Source: Candidatus Saccharimonadota bacterium
GTDB taxonomy: Bacteria > Bacteroidota > Bacteroidia > Cytophagales > Amoebophilaceae
DNA: 32,000 bases
Direction: 5' to 3'
Assembly (NCBI RefSeq): GCF_936981045.1
Contig: NZ_OW441264.1
Span: forward strand, 720,001-752,000
Numbering within the stretch: position 1 is the first letter of the stretch; each line of letters opens with the position of its first letter. Below the pieces are notes generated by a model. That model was not told where the DNA came from. It saw nothing but the letters and a program-made list of their open reading frames with translations, and did no database searches. The position numbers were made by a program, and so were the translations under genes. Below, piece by piece: positions 1-9,105 of this stretch.

Positions 1-231
1 ATCATGCCCACTAGCCTTGCTAATGGCACGAAGAATAGCCTCTTTAGGCATATTAGCCCCCTTGGCATTTTGAACGGCCAAACGCAATCGTGGGTTAAAC
101 TCTGGTTCCCCTCCTGCACTCCTAGCAGCTACGGTGATCTCCTTAGCCAGCTTTGTAAAAATTTTACTTTTTTTTGCATCATTTACACCCTTTTTATGCT
201 TGATATTAGACCACTTACTATGTCCTGCCAT
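1..231 (-). CDS. yebC: YebC/PmpR (TACO1) family transcriptional regulator, N-terminal 77 codons; the gene runs off the left window edge
   Basis: The reverse complement of 1-231 is open from the ATG at 231-229: [77 protein letters not shown]. The MAGHSKWxNIKHKK start is the family hallmark. It is absent from the ORF track because no stop lies inside the window. The + strand ORF 4..249 is its antisense shadow. Confidence 0.85.
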   Translation of the reverse strand, partial: MAGHSKWSNIKHKKGVNDAKKSKIFTKLAKEITVAARSAGGEPEFNPRLRLAVQNAKGANMPKEAILRAISKASGHD

Positions 232-370
232 TGTATTGCTTCATTATAGATAAAGTATAAGAAAAACAGTTAGAACTGTAGGTAAGCTGTATAACAATTA
301 CTACCCAAATAATAATATATATAAACATAATTAGATACCCTATAAGATAAAAAAAGCCGGGAAATGCGAA

Positions 371-1393
371 TTATTTGTCGAATAGATCAGCCGTATAAGG
401 CAAGCCCAAATGCTTATAAGCTGCCTCTGTTGCAACCCTTCCACGTGGCGTACGTTTGATATATCCTTCTTGAATAAGAAATGGTTCATATACTTCTTCT
501 ATTGTTTCTGCCTCCTCCAGGCAAGCAGTTGCAATAGTGGTAAGGCCTACAGGACCACCCTTGAATTTTTCAATAATATTGATAAGAATACGTTTGTCCA
601 TTTCATCTAGTCCATTCTCATCCACATTCAAGGCCGCTAAACTTAATGTAACCATATCTTTGGTAATGCGTCCATCCCCTTTAATCTGGGCAAAATCCCG
701 CGTACGTTTCAGCAGATTATTGGCTATACGTGGGGTTCCTCGACTACGCCTTGCAATTTCATAAGCAGCTTCTTGGTCAATAGGTGTACCCCATATACCA
801 CTGGCGCGCTGAACAATTTTGGTCAGTAACGTAGCATGATAGTAATCCAATCGCGCATTAATACCAAAACGAGCCCGTAATGGTGCAGTGAGCAAACCGG
901 AACGAGTAGTAGCCCCAATTAAGGTAAAAGGGTTGAGTGCCAATTGTACACTACGTGCGTTGGGACCTGCATCCAGCATAATGTCTATTTTAAAATCCTC
1001 CATGGCTGTATATAGGTACTCTTCCACTATAGGGTTAAGACGATGGATCTCATCTATAAAAAGCATATTAGTAGGTTCTAAACTAGTCAACAACCCTGCT
1101 AAATCCCCTGGTTTATCCAATACTGGACCAGAAGTAATTTTTATATTGGTATTCAGTTCATAAGCAATAATATAGGCCAATGTCGTTTTCCCTAAACCAG
1201 GCGGACCATGTAACAGCACATGGTCCAAGGCTTCTTTCCTTTGCTGAGCAGCTGCTGCAAATATTTGAATATTCTGGACTAGTTTTTCTTGCCCAAAAAA
1301 GTCGTTGAATTGAAGGGGACGTAAGGCTTTATCAAGCTGTTCTTCTGGTTTTCTTAGCACACTAAAGGGGCCATTGATAAGATCATGCTCCAT
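371..1393 (-). CDS. ruvB: Holliday junction branch migration DNA helicase RuvB
   Basis: Track ORF 371..1450 has Walker [12 protein letters not shown], Walker [10 protein letters not shown] and the RuvB C-terminal winged-helix region. I place the start at the ATG at 1393-1391 ([10 protein letters not shown]...). The 19-codon hydrophobic extension would overlap the divergent CPBP gene that starts at 1441. Confidence 0.95.
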   Translation of the reverse strand: MEHDLINGPFSVLRKPEEQLDKALRPLQFNDFFGQEKLVQNIQIFAAAAQQRKEALDHVLLHGPPGLGKTTLAYIIAYELNTNIKITSGPVLDKPGDLAGLLTSLEPTNMLFIDEIHRLNPIVEEYLYTAMEDFKIDIMLDAGPNARSVQLALNPFTLIGATTRSGLLTAPLRARFGINARLDYYHATLLTKIVQRASGIWGTPIDQEAAYEIARRSRGTPRIANNLLKRTRDFAQIKGDGRITKDMVTLSLAALNVDENGLDEMDKRILINIIEKFKGGPVGLTTIATACLEEAETIEEVYEPFLIQEGYIKRTPRGRVATEAAYKHLGLPYTADLFDK

Positions 1394-1440
1394 TTTTTCT
1401 ATCTTTACTAAACCAAAATATACGTAAAAAAATATCAATA

Positions 1441-2244
1441 ATGAGACCAAAAATCAAACTACTCAAGCTATTGACGCTATCATTTATAGGGCTTTATCTG
1501 GTTATTCGGCTTTCCAACATGCTGATAGAGTGGACTGATTACTGCCCATTGAACCACTGTGTGCTTGAGCGCTTTATGTTACGCATCATCATTTGTTGCA
1601 CTGCTTTGACCTACTATTTACATCTACAGGAAAAAAAAGGTATAGAACACCCTATACAGCCAAGTACCAATGGTTATAGATTAACCATTGGTACAATATT
1701 GACCCAACTCATGATGACATTTGCCTTAATGGTACTCAGCAGCATTCAAGAGGCATTAGGGTATCCCAGCGTACAACCTGTATTACATTTTAGTAGTAGA
1801 ATCGATTTTTTATACCGTGGCATTGTAGAAATAACCTGCCTAGCTGCTATCTTAGAAGAACTGTTGTTTCGAGGTATTTTAGAAAAACTACTCAGTAACA
1901 TTACGCCCATCCGATCATGGATTACCATGATCAGTGCGCTAACCTTTAGCTTGATGCACTATAATATGATCAATAACCTATTGTATTTTGTAATGGGATG
2001 CTTTCTGAGCTACCTATACCGCCAAGCCAACCATATTATTTATCCTATTATTGCCCATGGACTACATAACTTATGTGCCACATCTATAATGTATCTCCCA
2101 TTAGATAAAACATTAGACTTAGCCGTCAATAGCTTAACCATTGGAACACGTATCATACTAGCTATTGGGTCTCTCCTAGCAACTTATGGATATGTAACCT
2201 ATATGCTAACAGGCAAAAACACAAAAGCATATCATTTAAACTAG
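1441..2244 (+). CDS. CPBP family (CAAX/Abi-type) intramembrane metalloprotease
   Basis: Multi-pass hydrophobic protein with the three CPBP motifs: EELLFRG, FSLMH and HGLHN. The stop is TAG at 2242-2244. It lies 6 nt upstream of murD. Confidence 0.8.
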   Translation: MRPKIKLLKLLTLSFIGLYLVIRLSNMLIEWTDYCPLNHCVLERFMLRIIICCTALTYYLHLQEKKGIEHPIQPSTNGYRLTIGTILTQLMMTFALMVLSSIQEALGYPSVQPVLHFSSRIDFLYRGIVEITCLAAILEELLFRGILEKLLSNITPIRSWITMISALTFSLMHYNMINNLLYFVMGCFLSYLYRQANHIIYPIIAHGLHNLCATSIMYLPLDKTLDLAVNSLTIGTRIILAIGSLLATYGYVTYMLTGKNTKAYHLN

Positions 2245-2250
2245 ACGAAG

Positions 2251-3579
2251 ATGCGCTTAGTGGTACTAGGTGGAGGAGAAAGCGGTACAGGTGCAGCCCT
2301 TCTAGCCAAACAACAAGGCATAGATGTTTTCGTTTCGGATGCTGGTATCATTCAAGCAGATTATAAGAATTTACTGATAACCAACCAAATTGCATTTGAA
2401 GAAGGAGGCCACACGGTAGAAAAAATACAATCGGCTGACGAGGTCATCAAAAGTCCTGGTATACCCTATGAAGCCACGATCATCAAGCAACTTCACCATA
2501 TACCCATCATAGACGAAATAGAGTTTGCAGCACGCTATGCAAAGGGTAGGATTATAGCTGTAACGGGTTCAAATGGAAAAAGTACCACTGCACAGCTGAT
2601 CTACCATTTGCTCCATGCAGCCGACTTCCATGTTGCTTTAGCTGGAAATATAGGATATAGTTTTGCAAAATGTCTCACACAATCGATCTATGACTACTAT
2701 GTACTAGAGCTTTCCAGCTTTCAACTGGAAGGAATCAAAAATTTTAAGCCAAACATTGCCTGCCTATTAAACATTACACTTGACCACTTGGATAGGTATC
2801 ATGATTCCATAGAAGCCTATGCAAAAGCTAAATTGAACCTATTGCGCAACATGACCCCATTAGACCACTTTATTTACCATAAAGCGGATCCAATCACCAC
2901 GCAATATCTTCCAACACAGAAGATTTTACCCCAACTACATCCTATTGTGTCCTCCCCTATTTGCTCTAAAAATGGTCTATTTCGCTTTAATGGGCACAGC
3001 TACGCTTTTTCTATGAGCAGGGAACAAATAGCTTTGCTAGGTAGGCATAATCAGTATAATGCTATGGTTGCTGCTACAGCAGCGGCATTAGCAGGCGTAT
3101 CCTCTAAAATCATCGCTACTGCTTTACCTAAATTTCGTGGACTACCCCATCGACTGGAATGGTGTGGCGCGCCACAAGGTATAGACTGTTATAATGACTC
3201 CAAATCTACCAATATAGCCTCTACAACAGCTGCATTGCTTAGTTTTAATCAACCCATTATCTGGATTGCAGGTGGCATAGACAAAGGAAACAATTATAGC
3301 CCACTATTACCCATTGTACAAGAGCGGGTAAAAGCAATCATCTGTTTGGGAAAAGAGAACAGCCCTATTATGAAAGCTTTTCATCCCCTAAGTCTACCCA
3401 TAGAAGAGACGGACAACCTATCTGTAGCAATAGATAGAGCGGTAGCCATTGCACTGCCCGGAGAAGTGATATTGCTATCCCCTGCATGTGCCAGCTTTGA
3501 TTTATTTAAAAACTTTGAGGATCGGGGCAATCAATTTAAAGAAAAAGTAAGTGCACGGGCCATGGCGTCAACTTTGTGA
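2251..3579 (+). CDS. murD: UDP-N-acetylmuramoyl-L-alanine--D-glutamate ligase MurD
   Basis: N-terminal Rossmann motif VLGGGESG, Mur ligase P-loop GSNGKSTT, and a C-terminal SFDLFKNFEDRGNQF typical of MurD. An IS6 inverted repeat begins 12 nt after its stop. Confidence 0.93.
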   Translation: MRLVVLGGGESGTGAALLAKQQGIDVFVSDAGIIQADYKNLLITNQIAFEEGGHTVEKIQSADEVIKSPGIPYEATIIKQLHHIPIIDEIEFAARYAKGRIIAVTGSNGKSTTAQLIYHLLHAADFHVALAGNIGYSFAKCLTQSIYDYYVLELSSFQLEGIKNFKPNIACLLNITLDHLDRYHDSIEAYAKAKLNLLRNMTPLDHFIYHKADPITTQYLPTQKILPQLHPIVSSPICSKNGLFRFNGHSYAFSMSREQIALLGRHNQYNAMVAATAAALAGVSSKIIATALPKFRGLPHRLEWCGAPQGIDCYNDSKSTNIASTTAALLSFNQPIIWIAGGIDKGNNYSPLLPIVQERVKAIICLGKENSPIMKAFHPLSLPIEETDNLSVAIDRAVAIALPGEVILLSPACASFDLFKNFEDRGNQFKEKVSARAMASTL

Positions 3580-3591
3580 CGCGTAAATCTA

Positions 3592-4016
3592 GGTTCTGTC
3601 GCTTCTATATTTTCGTTAGTAAGATCTTTTCTTTTAAGTGAAGTTTTGGATATATATTGAACGTGAGTTCGGGATTAGATTATTTTTTCATTTGATAATC
3701 AATATTAATAAAAATTTATAAAATTTGTTTTATAGACAGTTAAATAGGTAGTTGAATAACAAATAATTCTTATAATCAGTTTATTATATATATTATATTT
3801 ATAAAATTAGATATAAAAACTTGTTAAATAGGTGCAAATATTAACTAAATAATTGATATTAAATTGTTGTAAATCAGTAAAATAAATCCCGAACTCACGT
3901 ATTGAGTATTATTCGGCCATTAGCATAACAAAATTCTCAAAAGTAGAAAAATGATTTTTAGCTCCGATTACTTGTCCTTTTTGAATCATAGGAATGTTTT
4001 CTATCCCTGCAATGAT
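3592..4016 (-). mobile_element. IS6-family element, 3'-terminal 180 bp including the right IR, split by a MITE (left arm of an inverted duplication)
   Basis: It starts with GGTTCTGTCGCTTCTATATTTTCG, the same IR as at 15039 and, inverted, at 7714. It encodes the transposase C-terminus (...IENIPMIQKGQVIGAKNH...MAE) on the minus strand. It is colinear with 15039-15218 apart from the MITE at 3661-3900. It ends exactly at the group II intron insertion site. Confidence 0.85.
3661..3900 (+). mobile_element. 240-bp MITE, copy 1, with termini related to the IS982-family element
   Basis: Terminal inverted repeats ACGTGAGTTCGGGAT...ATCCCGAACTCACGT. 5-bp direct duplication attga at 3656-3660 and 3901-3905. 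The uninterrupted target sequence is visible in the IS6 copy at about 15105-15112. There is no ORF and the interior is very AT-rich. Confidence 0.85.
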
Positions 4017-4337
4017 CTAGAGTAAAGAAATGGTTGGACCACTTAAAATTAAGCATATCTATTGCTTCTGATTGCTCGCAATACAGTAGCTGACTAACTT
4101 GATTCTTCATTGTTTACCCATTCCCTTCTCATCCCAAGGTACGTTCAGTTTTCCCGAATACGGCGGTCCGACAGTCTTCTTCATAAACCTTGCACAACTC
4201 TCTCAGGATACTTAATCATTCCACTACCAATGTACAACATCCCCATTGTATAGAGTTTGCTATTGGGATAGCTTTGCCACCCACACCCACGGCCTTTTCT
4301 TCTATGGGTTAAGTATCTGCGAAATCGGTTATTAATA
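4017..4337 (-). mobile_element. Group II intron 3' fragment: end of the maturase X domain, decayed domain V, domain VI region
   Basis: Its reverse complement matches 5935-6154 and 7483-7534. It encodes FINNRFRRYLTHRRKGRGCGWQSYPNSKLYTMGMLYIGSGMIKYPERVVQGL*. The domain V copy at 4134-4166 has two substitutions (ccttgg where the other copies have cggtgg) that break the helix. It contains a 49-nt segment (4069-4117) that is replaced by IS256 in the other copies. Confidence 0.75.
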
Positions 4338-5339
4338 ACCTCAGTTCGGGATTAGACGTATTGTGAACCAGTCATATATATATTAGTTATAGAAGGTTTT
4401 TTCTCTTTTAGTGCATAAGCTGTAATTCCAGCTATCAAATTGACTAGAAAATTAGGTATGCTTCTATGCCTAGAATGTTCTATATGGCTAATATTTTTGA
4501 GCTGATCTATAATAGTTTCAATTATAGATCGTTTTCTAAGCATCAGTTTATCCTAGAGTGGCATAAAAGCATTTTTCATATTTTTTCTGATTTGGGTAAT
4601 GAGTTCCACGCCTTTCTCGATCAGTTTTTCAAATAAATCTTTGCTTATGTAACCTTTATTGGCAAACATTTTACCCATGAAGTGTTTACATAAATTTTCT
4701 ACAGGAAGCCTATCATTAGTTTTACCTGTGGTCAGTTGAAAATTCATAATTTCTCCTAAATCATTGACTATCAAGTGCAACTTTAATCCAAAAAACCAAC
4801 CGATGCTGGTTTTACCTTTAGTAGCAATCGATTTAAAAACCCTATGCGTATAGGCTCTTTTGATATGGCAAACCTTGATGGCTGTTGCATCCATAAAATA
4901 ACAACCTGTTTTTGTTTTAGCAAGACTTTGTGTAAAACAGTACAAGGGAACTAACGTTCTTTGGATCAGTTCTATAAATCTATTGTAGCTCACTAACTTT
5001 CCAAATTTACTAGAATGAAATTGCTGTAAATGAATATAATAAGACTTAAAATTTCTAAAACCAATCACATGAAAGGCAATAAGAACAGTCATTATTTCAC
5101 TCAAAGTTAATGAACAAGTTTTAGTGGGTTTTCTTTTAGAGTTGGTTAACAGTTGTTTTTCCATATACGGCATAAACTTTATGAGAAATTCATCAACAGC
5201 ATAATATATTTCAACTAATTTTTCTACATTCATAACCGGCTCCTTTAGATAATCTGGTTAATATTTTTTTATCTCCAAATTTAAAACACAAAGGAGCTTT
5301 TTAAAGCTATTTTTTAACAAGCTAATCCCGAACTTAGGT
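4338..5339 (-). mobile_element. IS982-family insertion sequence, copy C (1002 bp)
   Basis: Termini ACCTCAGTTCGGGATTAGAC and, inverted, ACCTAAGTTCGGGATTAGCT. It carries one transposase gene. The flanks (taata on the left, tatta on the right) are not a direct repeat but are reverse complements of each other. Confidence 0.9.
4352..5233 (-). pseudogene. IS982-family DDE transposase with an in-frame TAG at codon 227
   Basis: Track ORFs 4553..5233 and 4352..4543 are one frame split by TAG (4553-4555) in ...[37 protein letters not shown]. Copy D has TGG (W) at this position. The IIET...IEHSRHRS block after the stop is the conserved C-terminal part of IS982 transposases. Confidence 0.85.
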
Positions 5340-5340
5340 T

Positions 5341-6091
5341 ATTAGTAAAAGGATAGCAGATGGCAGTATGTTGAAGCTAATTAAACAAACCCTAACAACG
5401 TCAATAGTAAAACAAGGTAAAATTACATGCAAGAAAGTTGGAGTACCGCAAGGATCACCAATATCACCGTTGTATAGTAATATCTACCTAAATGTTATAG
5501 ACCAAGTGTGGCACTCAAGGGGGTATCCAGAAAAGCTAAGCACAACCTTGCATAGGTATTATGATGATGCAATTTTGGTATGTCGTAAGAGTGCTAGCTT
5601 AGCGCTGGAGAAATTCACAGAATTAGCAAAGAGATTATCGCTCATTATTAACCACCAAAAGACACGAATAACGAAACTGAAAGAAGGCTTTAACTTCATA
5701 GGTTTTTACTTTGTAAAAAGTAAAGAGTCCGACAAGTGGCAGAAATAGCATTTATGTATTTCCAACGAAACAATCCCAACAAAGCATCCGTAACAGACTA
5801 AAATACCTGACTTGTAGAAGAGCACCAATCAAACCTCAAACATTCATCGAGCAAATAAAACCAGTAGTGTTAGGATGGGTTAACTATTTTAAACATACGA
5901 ATGCCAGTGAAGCTTTTGTTAGATTGCAGGACTTTATTAATAACCGATTTCGCAGATACTTAACCTATAGAAGAAAAGGCCGTGGGTGTGGGTGGAAAAG
6001 CTATCCCAATAGCAAACTCTATACAATGGGGATGTTGTACATTGGTAGTGGAATGATTAAGTATCCTGAGAGAGTTGTGCAAGGTTTATGA
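5341..6091 (+). pseudogene. Group II intron reverse transcriptase/maturase, 5'-truncated and frameshifted
   Basis: RT motifs GVPQGSPISPLYSNIYLN and YYDD (5557-5568, where group II RTs normally have YADD). X-domain sequence VLGWVNYFKH. There is no endonuclease domain after X. Relative to copy 2 (aaaaagaaagagtcc), an extra T at 5721 shifts the frame between track ORFs 5368..5748 and 5867..6091. Confidence 0.85.
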
Positions 6092-6105
6092 AGAAGACTA
6101 TCGGA

Positions 6106-6138
6106 CCGCCGTATTCGGGAAAACTGAACGTACGGTGG
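6106..6138 (+). ncRNA. Group II intron domain V (an identical copy lies at 10404-10436)
   Basis: CCGCCGUAU-UCGG-GAAAA-CUGA-AC-GUACGGUGG folds as the canonical two-helix domain V with the 2-nt AC bulge and a GNRA-like loop. It lies 15 nt after the maturase stop. The catalytic-triad position reads CGC rather than AGC. Confidence 0.8.
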
Positions 6139-6152
6139 GATGAGAAGGGAAT

Positions 6153-7481
6153 GGTCTTTTGTTTTAAGTGTGTAAATATTTTTTAGGATTTATCTTTACC
6201 TAAATCATAACACTTAAAACAATGAAAAGAAAAGAGACAGTTAAAGATGGGATAAGCAAGGCCATAGATGTACTGATAGAATCAGGTGTAGACCTTTCCA
6301 GACTTTTTGATCAAGACGGCTTACTCAAACAATTAAGTAAGCGTCTTGTAGAAAAAGCATTACAGTCAGAAATGGATGACCATTTAGGTTATAATAAATA
6401 TGCACGTAGTGATTCAGAGAATGTACGTAATGGATTATCCAGTAAGCAAGTTATTACTGATAATGGCGTTATATTGGTTGAAGTACCCAGAGATAGAGCA
6501 TCGACTTTTGAACCTATTTTATTGCCTAATCGTCAAACAAGAATTCCTAGTTTGGATGATAAGATCTTATCTTTACATGCTAAAGGTATGAGTCTGTCAG
6601 ATATTCAGATTCAAATACAGGAATTATATGGCGCAGAAGTAAGTGAAAGCCTGATAAGTAACATCACAGACTCTGTTATTGAAGATGTTAAGATATGGCA
6701 AAATCGTCCCTTAGAATCAGTCTATTCTATTGTTTTTTTTGATTGCTTTGTAGTTAAAGTTAGACAAGATAAGCGCATCATCAACAAGGCAGTCTATGTC
6801 GCTTTAGGTATAGATAGATCTGGCATAAAGGATGTTTTAGGGCTTTGGATGAGTGAAAATGAAGGGGCTAAATTTTGGTTAGGCAATTTAACAGAACTCA
6901 AAAATCGGGGTATGAACGATATGCTCATTGCATGTACAGATAATTTGTCAGGCATGTCTGAGGCCATTGCTGCTGTATACCCAAAAACGGAACATCAGCT
7001 CTGTATTGTTCATGCAATTAGGGGTAGTTTGCAGTATGTTTCTTATAAACATAGAAAGGTATTAGTTGCTGATTTAAAACCAATTTATACAGCAGTTACC
7101 GAGCAAGAAGCATTGATGGCCTTAGAAGCTTTTGCTACTAAGTGGAATCAACAATACCCACAAATAGCCCAATCTTAGTATGCTAACTGGGATAATCTGA
7201 TGGTATTTTTACAGTACCCTAATGCCATACGTAAGGTCATTTACACAACAAATGTTTGGAATCTGTAAATAGCCAATTTCGTAGAGTTACCAAAAATAAA
7301 AAAGTGTTCCCTAACGATCTAGCTGTTTTTAAAACATTATATCTAACTATTAACTACATGACTAAAAAATGGACCACCTCTATTCATAACTGGAGCGAGA
7401 CTATGGCACATTTTTTAATTAAATTTGAAAACAGAATTGAATAAAACCAAAAAATAATTTACACACTTAAGTGGACAGAGC
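6153..7481 (+). mobile_element. IS256-family insertion sequence, copy 1 (1329 bp)
   Basis: Imperfect terminal IRs GGTCTTTTGTTTTAAGTGTGTAAAT and, inverted, GCTCTGTCCACTTAAGTGTGTAAAT. It carries a single mutator-type transposase gene. No 8-9 bp target duplication is visible on the flanks. Confidence 0.85.
6222..7444 (+). pseudogene. IS256-family transposase with an in-frame TAG and a frameshift
   Basis: The 318-aa ORF has typical IS256 blocks (RDRASTFEPILLP, FFDCFVVKVR, VYVALGIDRSGIKDVLG, LCIVHAIR). TAG at 7176-7178 replaces the conserved W in ...YPQIAQS*YANWDNL. The frame then shifts near 7251-7256 (IYTTNV / ESVNSQFRRVTKNKKVFPN). The lesions are identical in copy 2. Confidence 0.85.
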
Positions 7482-7482
7482 C

Positions 7483-7534
7483 GAAGCAATAGATATGCTT
7501 AATTTTAAGTGGTCCAACCATTTCTTTACTCTAG
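7483..7534 (+). mobile_element. Group II intron 3' tail, carrying the 3' strand of putative domain VI
   Basis: It matches the reverse complement of 4017-4068. CCAUUUCUUU-A-CUC (7518-7531) can pair with GAG-AAGGGAAUGG (6142-6154), leaving a bulged A at 7528, 7 nt from the end. IS6 sequence resumes at 7535. Confidence 0.6.
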
Positions 7535-7714
7535 ACCATTGCAGGGATAGAAAACATTCCTATGATTCAAAAAGGACAAGTAATCGGAGCTAAAAATCAT
7601 CTTTCTACTTTTGAGAATTTTGTTATGCTAATGGCCGAATAATAAACAATATATATCCAAAACTTCACTTAAAAGAAAAGACGTTACTAACGAAAATGTA
7701 GACGCGACAGAACC
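7535..7714 (+). mobile_element. IS6-family element, 3'-terminal 180 bp with the right IR (right arm of the inverted duplication)
   Basis: accattgcagggatagaaaacattcc...gcgacagaacc. It is the reverse complement of 3592-4016 minus the MITE, and of 15039-15218. Confidence 0.85.
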
Positions 7715-7777
7715 CATTCCTTTATTGTCATTCTTTATAATATTATCTATCTTGAGGTATTATTATTGTTGAGTTTT

Positions 7778-9067
7778 ATGAAAAGTTTTATTGCCAATTT
7801 GCGTTGGCGTGGTATGGTCCATGATATGGTTCCAGGTACAGCGAAACATCTAAGCAAAGGCATGGCTACCGGATACGTTGGTTTTGAGCCTTCTGCCCCC
7901 TCTTTACACCTTGGCAATTTGGTTCCTATAATGTTATTAAAGCACTTCCAAGAGGCGGGTCATAAGCCCATTGCACTAGTAGGTGGTGCTACTGGCATGA
8001 TTGGAGATCCCTCTGGGCGTAGCCAAGAACGCCTGTTTTTAACAGAGGAAGTGTTGCGTTACAATGAGGCCTGTATTGCCAAGCAATTAGAAAAGTTTTT
8101 AGATTTCTCTACTGGTCCCAACAAGGCTGTTTTATTGAATAATTTTGATTGGTTGAAAGATTTCTCTTTCCTAAGATTTTTACGTGATATAGGCAAACAT
8201 ATACCTATTGGGTATATGATCACTAAGGATAGTGTAAAACAACGCATAGAAACTGGTATCTCTTATGCCGAATTTGCCTATCAACTCATACAAGGATATG
8301 ATTTCTATTATCTCTATCTACATAAAAATGTAACCCTGCAAATGGGTGGCGCTGATCAATGGGGCAATGTAACTACAGGGGTAGAGCTTATTCGTAAAAA
8401 AGCGCAATATCAAGCCTTTGCGATTACTGCCCCTTTATTGACCCGTTCGGATGGAACCAAGTTTGGAAAAACAGCCTCTGGAAGCAATATATGGCTAGAT
8501 CCAGCGCAAACATCTCCTTATGAGTTATATCAGTTTTTGTTGAATGGTGGAGACCATGAAGTAGAGAAATGGATTAAAATATTTTCTTTTTGTACGCAAG
8601 AGGAGATAGAAGCCCTTATTGTGGCCCACCAAGCCAAACCCGAAATGCGGCTGTTGCAGCAAACATTGGCTAAGATTGTAACCACTATGGTGCATTCAGA
8701 GGAGGCTTGTAGGCAAGCCGTGGTCTGCAGCAATATTCTTTTTGGCCATGCCGATTCAGTAGATGCGCTCTATGCACTCAGTGAAGATGATCTATTAAGT
8801 GTCTGTGGTACTATACCTAAGGTGCATGTCGCAAGAACTGCTTTAAGTGCAGTACACTCTATGGTCTCTTTATTATCCGTGGCTACGCAAAATCTTATTA
8901 TGCCTTCTAAGGCAGAAGCAAGACGCCTGATCGCCTCATCTGGTATCAAGGTAAATAAGATATTGATAACCGATCCTTATCAAAAACCCGATTTTACTTT
9001 GTTACATGATCGTTACCTATTGGTTCAAAAAGGCAAAAAAAATTACTACCTTATTGTTGTTCAATAA
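7778..9067 (+). CDS. tyrS: Tyrosine--tRNA ligase
   Basis: HIGH motif SLHLGNLV, KMSKS-type motif TKFGKTASG, and a C-terminal S4-like domain. I prefer the ATG at 7778 (MKSFIANLRWRG) over the TTG at 7766 used by the track. Confidence 0.93.
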   Translation: MKSFIANLRWRGMVHDMVPGTAKHLSKGMATGYVGFEPSAPSLHLGNLVPIMLLKHFQEAGHKPIALVGGATGMIGDPSGRSQERLFLTEEVLRYNEACIAKQLEKFLDFSTGPNKAVLLNNFDWLKDFSFLRFLRDIGKHIPIGYMITKDSVKQRIETGISYAEFAYQLIQGYDFYYLYLHKNVTLQMGGADQWGNVTTGVELIRKKAQYQAFAITAPLLTRSDGTKFGKTASGSNIWLDPAQTSPYELYQFLLNGGDHEVEKWIKIFSFCTQEEIEALIVAHQAKPEMRLLQQTLAKIVTTMVHSEEACRQAVVCSNILFGHADSVDALYALSEDDLLSVCGTIPKVHVARTALSAVHSMVSLLSVATQNLIMPSKAEARRLIASSGIKVNKILITDPYQKPDFTLLHDRYLLVQKGKKNYYLIVVQ

Positions 9068-9105
9068 TTTTTTTGCAAAAAGATGATCACTAGGTCTTTC
9101 AGCAG

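Larger units (their letters stand above)
5340..6152 (+). mobile_element. Group II intron fragment: RT domains from about motif 4 onward, X domain, domain V, and the 5' strand of domain VI
   Basis: It starts abruptly inside the RT frame (ISKRIADGSMLKLIKQ...) at the IS982-C boundary. It contains domain V at 6106-6138 and is cut by IS256 at 6153. Confidence 0.8.

Noticed and set aside
4-249. Track ORF of 81 aa on the + strand at the left edge
   Set aside because: The opposite strand encodes an unmistakable YebC/PmpR N-terminus ([14 protein letters not shown]...) over the same bases. The + strand ORF is an antisense artefact.
1394-1450. 19-codon N-terminal extension of ruvB ([19 protein letters not shown]) in the track ORF
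   Set aside because: The extension is hydrophobic, unlike RuvB N-termini, and would overlap the divergent CPBP gene start at 1441. The ATG at 1393 gives a canonical RuvB start.
4553-4555. Idea that the recurrent in-frame TAG codons in IS982, IS256 and IS6 transposases reflect TAG reassignment or recoding to Trp
   Set aside because: TAG clearly terminates ordinary host genes here: the CPBP protease at 2242-2244 and priA at 20706-20708. One IS6 TAG replaces an Arg-position codon, not Trp. Other lesions (TAA, frameshifts, truncations) co-occur. Simple G to A decay is the economical explanation, although low-level readthrough cannot be excluded from sequence alone.
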